A model generated the notes under the pieces. It saw only the letters and a program-made list of their open reading frames with translations. It was not told where the DNA came from and did no database searches. A stretch of 20,000 bases of DNA from an uncultured virus (IMG/VR IMGVR_UViG_3300005937_000013) (taxonomy: Duplodnaviria > Heunggongvirae > Uroviricota > Caudoviricetes). Position 1 is the stretch's first letter. Each line of letters begins with the position of its first letter. The translations under genes were made by a program, and so were the position numbers. The DNA lies in the IMG/VR virus record IMGVR_UViG_3300005937_000013, one strand, 5' to 3'. This document shows positions 15,819-20,000 of this stretch, piece by piece.

Positions 15819-16111
15819 GGTACTGGAAGGTGGGGGTCGACGAGCGGTGGGCTGTCCATGCACACTGTCGGAGCTCAGTCACCGACATCCAGCGGCACAT
15901 CGTGCGACTGTTTGGTGGCACCGACCTGGAGACGTCCGCGTACAGGAAGGCGCGAGAGAGGAAGGCGAAGCAGATCTGTGAGCTATGTCCGGTGAGGTTG
16001 TCCTGCCTCAACCACGCCCTCGCGTACAGGGAGACCGGGATCTGGGGCGGGACCGACGACAACGAGCGTAGGGAAATGCTCGGCATCCGCAAGAGAGGAG
16101 CAATCGTATGA
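15815..16111 (+). CDS. whiB: WhiB-family Fe-S transcription factor
   Basis: WAVHAHC...AKQICELCPVRLSC...GIWGG..NER: four Cys plus G(I/V)WGG. Confidence 0.9.
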   Translation: MRYWKVGVDERWAVHAHCRSSVTDIQRHIVRLFGGTDLETSAYRKARERKAKQICELCPVRLSCLNHALAYRETGIWGGTDDNERREMLGIRKRGAIV

Positions 16112-17145
16112 GAGTCGGACTGATAGCACCCCCGTGGTTACCGGTGCCTCCGCTGGGGTACGGAGGCACAGAGGCGGTGGTGGACTACCTCGCAAGGGAG
16201 CTCGACCGACGAGGGCACACGGTGGTCCTGTGTGCTCCCGGTGACTCCACCTGTCCGGTGGACATCTACTCGCCCATGGTGGAGTCGGTGGGGCTCAACG
16301 CCGACAGGTTCGTCAAGTGGGAGCTAGCCCACGTGATCGACAGCTACCAGTTCCTCGAGGAGTGGCAGCCGGACGTGATCCACGATCACACCCTGGCAGG
16401 ACCGCTCATCAGCCTCGGCTACGAGATGCCGGTGGTCACCACGAACCACAACACGTTCCGGTGGGAACACGAGATCACCTACCAGATGCTCGCGAACCAC
16501 GGTGTTCCCATCGTGGCGATCTCCCACCACCAGGCGAGCACCACCAGGGCACCCCTGGCGGGGGTGGTCTACAACGGGGTGGACACGTACGCGGTGGACC
16601 TGTGTGACGGGGGTGGTGGCTACGCCCTGTGCATCACCCGGTTCGACGACGAGAAGGGTGTGACGGAGGGCATCAGGGTCGCCCTGGAGGCAAGGATCGA
16701 CCTCAAGATCATCGCCAAGCCACCGTCACCGGGGCAGCGGATCTACTTCGAGGAGCAGGTGGACCCGTGGCTCAACCACCCCGCGATCGAGTGGGTGGGT
16801 GAGGTCACCGGCAAGCAGAGGGCCGAGCTCATCGGTGGAGCGTTCTGTCTCATCAACCCGATCAAGTGGGACGAGCCCTTCGGCATGGTGATGATCGACG
16901 CCCTCGCCCAGGGCACCCCCGTGGTGTCCATGGAGCGGGGCGCTGCCACCGAGATCGTGAGAGACGGTGAAACCGGCTACCTGTGCGACAGCCAGACGTC
17001 GATGGCGCTAGGGGTCGAGCTCTGCAAGCGTGGCGACATCCACCGTCCACGGTGCAGGGAGGACGCCATCCAGCGGTTCTCGGTCCAGCGGATGGTAACA
17101 AGTTATCTCGAGATCTACGAGGACGTGGTGAGGGGGAACTGGTGA
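16108..17145 (+). CDS. GT4-family (GT-B) glycosyltransferase
   Basis: IAPPWLPVPPLGYGGTE, EKG, WDEPFGMVMIDALAQGTPVV. Confidence 0.9.
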   Translation: MRVGLIAPPWLPVPPLGYGGTEAVVDYLARELDRRGHTVVLCAPGDSTCPVDIYSPMVESVGLNADRFVKWELAHVIDSYQFLEEWQPDVIHDHTLAGPLISLGYEMPVVTTNHNTFRWEHEITYQMLANHGVPIVAISHHQASTTRAPLAGVVYNGVDTYAVDLCDGGGGYALCITRFDDEKGVTEGIRVALEARIDLKIIAKPPSPGQRIYFEEQVDPWLNHPAIEWVGEVTGKQRAELIGGAFCLINPIKWDEPFGMVMIDALAQGTPVVSMERGAATEIVRDGETGYLCDSQTSMALGVELCKRGDIHRPRCREDAIQRFSVQRMVTSYLEIYEDVVRGNW

Positions 17146-17246
17146 TGAAGTGGATCGTGCTCGCGATCATCCTGATCGTGCTGTTCGTGGTAATCCCCAT
17201 ACTGGTCGGACGCAGGTTGCGTCGGGCACGAGAGGAGGGCTGGTGA
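17145..17246 (+). CDS. 33-aa single-TM membrane peptide
   Basis: MKWIVLAIILIVLFVVIPILVGRRLRR; TGATG coupling. Confidence 0.7.
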   Translation: MKWIVLAIILIVLFVVIPILVGRRLRRAREEGW

Positions 17247-17599
17247 CGCTACCAGCGAGGGTAGAGGTTGACCGTTCTGGGGTGGGGGTGGTGGTGCGGG
17301 TCATCGCCACGTATCCACCCAACCCCGCGATCAACGACGGGAACCCGACCGACGTCGTCATCTGGACCTACGCTCCGTGGAACGAGCCGGACCCGGGTGG
17401 CATCCCCGCCAAGGTGGGGAAGGTGCTGGTCGAGGAGATCATACGACAGGACCTGATCCTCGAGCACGTGGCTATGTCCAGCGCGGGTCGGAGGATCCTG
17501 ATGGAGCTACCGGAGGAGAACAATGGCGAGGATCTACACGCAGAAGACGAGGACCGAGAGGACGTGCGGGAAGTGCGGGGACACGATCCCGAAGGGTGA
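17243..17599 (+). CDS. Hypothetical protein
   Basis: GAGGAGG SD, GTGA overlap. Confidence 0.65.
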   Translation: MTLPARVEVDRSGVGVVVRVIATYPPNPAINDGNPTDVVIWTYAPWNEPDPGGIPAKVGKVLVEEIIRQDLILEHVAMSSAGRRILMELPEENNGEDLHAEDEDREDVREVRGHDPEG

Positions 17600-18065
17600 C
17601 CAGTACCGCTCCGCTGCCCCTGGCTTTCGGTCCAGGCCCCTCATCCGGTGTATGAAGCCGGAGTGCAGCTTCCGACAGAGCGAGCTGACCACGTCCAACA
17701 TGGCCTCAGCGTACGCCGGGATCGAGGCTGCCGAGGACCAGATCCCCGATGCCGAGGGGATCGACGACATCAAGTCCGCCCTGGAGGATGCCGTCAACGG
17801 TCTCCAGGAGTCCTACGACATGTACGACGAGGCCAACTCCAACTGGGCTGGCGGGGAGCGGGAGAACGAGGAGTGGGTCGAGAAGATGGACGAGATCCAG
17901 TCGGCCATCGACGAGATCGAGAACTGGGAACCCGACCAAACCCCTGAGGACGTGGACCCGGACGACTACGAGTCCGACGAGGACTACAAGGAGGATCTCG
18001 GGCGGATCCTCCAGGAGGAGAAGGACAACGCGATCGACTTCATCAACGGGTTGTCGCTCCCGTGA
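17523..18065 (+). CDS. Zinc-ribbon protein with highly acidic helical C-terminus
   Basis: GGAGGAG SD; CGKC...CMKPEC; D/E-rich second half. Confidence 0.85.
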   Translation: MARIYTQKTRTERTCGKCGDTIPKGDQYRSAAPGFRSRPLIRCMKPECSFRQSELTTSNMASAYAGIEAAEDQIPDAEGIDDIKSALEDAVNGLQESYDMYDEANSNWAGGERENEEWVEKMDEIQSAIDEIENWEPDQTPEDVDPDDYESDEDYKEDLGRILQEEKDNAIDFINGLSLP

Positions 18066-18223
18066 CCTGGGTCGTCCCGGACGTCCCCCATGACCAGCTG
18101 GTGGGGATGACTGAGCGCTGGTTCGAGCAGGGGTTCGCGGTACGGCAGCTCGCTCCTCAGTGGACCGACACCAACGGCTACACAAGGATCTGGACCGTGC
18201 TCCTCTGGAAGATGCCGTTCTGA
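18062..18223 (+). CDS. 53-aa hypothetical protein MTWVVPDVPH... (not in ORF track)
   Basis: GTGA and TGATG coupling at both ends. Confidence 0.6.
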   Translation: MTWVVPDVPHDQLVGMTERWFEQGFAVRQLAPQWTDTNGYTRIWTVLLWKMPF

Positions 18224-18354
18224 TGTGGCGACAATACTGTCTCTGTGGCTACACGGGCTACTACTGGCACAAGCATCTCGAGACGTCACTCCGCTGGGGT
18301 CATCCGAGAACTGATCACGTCTTTCTGGGAGCAATCTGGGAGACACCATTCTGA
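18223..18354 (+). CDS. 43-aa hypothetical protein
   Basis: TGATG coupling at both ends. Confidence 0.55.
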   Translation: MWRQYCLCGYTGYYWHKHLETSLRWGHPRTDHVFLGAIWETPF

Positions 18355-18674
18355 TGCCCGACTGGACCGACAACCCCGACTGGCAGAACTACGTTCGAAG
18401 GGTCAAGCGTGAGTTGGTACCCAAGATCGACGCGTCTGCGTACGTGATGTCACTGGTGCCCGAGGGTGAGCCTGACGTCAAGTTTGCTGTCGAGCTCGGT
18501 CTCTCGATCATGATGGACAAGCCGATCATCGCGGTGGTCACCCGCGGGGTGAAGGTACCTGACCACCTGGTCCGGGTCGCTGACGAGATCGTGGAGGGTG
18601 ACCTCAGCACCGAGGAGGGTCGACAGGCCATGGGTGAGGCGATACAGGCTACCATGAAGCGGCTGGAACGATGA
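18354..18674 (+). CDS. Nucleoside-deoxyribosyltransferase/TIR-like small alpha/beta protein
   Basis: IDASAYVMSL...FAVELGLSIMMDKPIIAV motif. Confidence 0.55.
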   Translation: MPDWTDNPDWQNYVRRVKRELVPKIDASAYVMSLVPEGEPDVKFAVELGLSIMMDKPIIAVVTRGVKVPDHLVRVADEIVEGDLSTEEGRQAMGEAIQATMKRLER

Positions 18675-18985
18675 ACCTCTGTCCGACGTGTGGTGAGGGG
18701 ATCGAGGGGGTGAGCAACCGCGAGGGAGTCACCGCGGAGGCCCTCGGGGTCATCTCGGTCAGGCCCCTAAGCCACGCCGAGATCCTCACCATCGCCTGGA
18801 TGAGGCCGGAACGGGTCCCCTGGACCGCCCGTCCCTGTGGTCACGAGGTGTGGATCACCAACGACCAGGGGGTTCTTAGGGTGGTGCCACCACCCACCGA
18901 CCCTGACGGATCAGGCCCTAGGTCAGCCCCAGAGCCCCTCGATAGGGGTCCTTGGGGTGGTGGGGCCACCCCCCAAGAGGACTGA
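18671..18985 (+). CDS. Hypothetical zinc-binding protein
   Basis: CPTC...PCGH; ATGA overlap. Confidence 0.7.
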   Translation: MNLCPTCGEGIEGVSNREGVTAEALGVISVRPLSHAEILTIAWMRPERVPWTARPCGHEVWITNDQGVLRVVPPPTDPDGSGPRSAPEPLDRGPWGGGATPQED

Positions 18986-19001
18986 GCGTCGCTGAGGCCC
19001 C

Positions 19002-20000
19002 CTATACACCGTAAGGGGCGGGTCCGTTGCGGCGCGTCCACCCCACCCAGCGCATGGTCCCTCCGTACGCCGGGACCCTTCCTCGCTCAAGTCCTCGCTC
19101 CTCGAGTGCCCGGTTGAACGTTCGGCGTCCCCAGGGCTTCTCGCCCGATGCCGACTCGTGTGCGACGTACGTCGTGTACATCTCGTCGGTTGTCAGTGAC
19201 TCCTCCTTGACGTCGGTCTTCTCGAGCGCGTCCTCAACAAACGCAGCTACGGGGTTGGAGTCACGGTCGTACGCCCGCATGATCTCGTCAAGCCAGGGCA
19301 TTCCCCCGAGCCCCTTCTCCTGCCAGAGATAGTTGCCGTTGACGAGCCACGCTCCTATCGCGATCTGCGCCTGGGGGTCATACTCGAGATAGTTCCTCAC
19401 GTCCTCGTTACGCGGCTCAAACCGGTGGATGAACGGGAGCATCTTCAGTCGATTCTGGGTGGCCTTGTCCGGCGAGGTGGGTACGAAGTTGGTGTGCATC
19501 ACGAGCTTGGCCTGGGGATGGTACGAGTAGGTTCCCTTGTACAGTGCCCGAGCACTCACGGAATCTCCACCCGAGAACGACTTGAGGAACCCGTCGTTGA
19601 ACTTAGCTCCTCGGGTCAGCTCACCGATCACGATCATGCGAGCACCACGGGCGTAGTTCTTGAGTTCGGCGAGGTTGACGTAGCCATGGCGTCCCCGCTC
19701 CACGGCCTCAGCGGGCCAGGAGGCGGCGTAACCGGCCTCGGTGGTGGTCCCCAACACCCGGTAGATGGGTTCCACGGCGGTGGACTTGCCGGTGTCGGTC
19801 TCTCCAAACGGGAGAAGGATCGCCTTATCCTTCGTGATACCGGTCAGGCAGCTTCCCATGAACGCCTGGAACGTCATCCGCATGTCATCGTCAGGGATGG
19901 CGCTGAGTAGAAACTCCTCCCAGATCGGGTCGCGTGCGTCACGGTGATACTCCACCGTGCATGAGCGGGTGATCAGGTCACCCGGGTCGGGTGAGCGAAG
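19002..20000 (-). CDS. Phage/plasmid P4/D5-family primase-helicase (SF3), 5' end beyond window
   Basis: Walker A GETDTGKST, Walker B MIVIGE, motif C MHTN, LKSFSGGDSVSARALY; frame open to window edge. Confidence 0.9.
   Translation of the reverse strand, partial: LRSPDPGDLITRSCTVEYHRDARDPIWEEFLLSAIPDDDMRMTFQAFMGSCLTGITKDKAILLPFGETDTGKSTAVEPIYRVLGTTTEAGYAASWPAEAVERGRHGYVNLAELKNYARGARMIVIGELTRGAKFNDGFLKSFSGGDSVSARALYKGTYSYHPQAKLVMHTNFVPTSPDKATQNRLKMLPFIHRFEPRNEDVRNYLEYDPQAQIAIGAWLVNGNYLWQEKGLGGMPWLDEIMRAYDRDSNPVAAFVEDALEKTDVKEESLTTDEMYTTYVAHESASGEKPWGRRTFNRALEERGLERGRVPAYGGTMRWVGWTRRNGPAPYGV

Noticed and set aside
344..18373. Long minus-strand ORFs (e.g. 344..1282, 4322..5401, 8588..9514, 10607..11254)
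   Set aside because: Antisense shadows of high-GC3 + strand genes; no SD, no recognisable motifs.
18933..18980. GC hairpins near the convergence point as a bidirectional terminator
   Set aside because: Inside the ORF 3' end, imperfect, no U-tracts; plausible but unsupported.

Overview
High-GC phage or prophage DNA, probably from an actinobacterial host (WhiB gene, lipoproteins, SigA-type promoters; Acidimicrobiia is a tentative guess). About 50 tightly packed, mostly small + strand genes (1-18985) converge on a minus-strand P4/D5-type SF3 primase-helicase that runs off the window end. Recognisable genes: two lipoproteins, a secreted Ig/prealbumin-fold protein, DUF4314-like, DUF2786-like, MazG-like NTP pyrophosphohydrolase, XRE-HTH, WhiB, GT4 glycosyltransferase and an NDT/TIR-like protein. 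The main signal is non-coding. A 12-nt motif AAGAGAGAGGAG lies 4-10 nt before start codons in 8 exact copies plus variants. It often follows a conserved dyad-symmetric promoter (TAGC[AT]C-17 bp-TAnnnT). A ~117-nt highly structured element at 11415-11531, with its own predicted promoter and flanked by two motif copies, displays the exact antisense of the motif (CTCCTCTCTCTT) in a 20-nt loop. This suggests a phage-encoded RNA that targets the ribosome-binding sites of a phage regulon. All family calls come from motif recognition by eye, not database searches.
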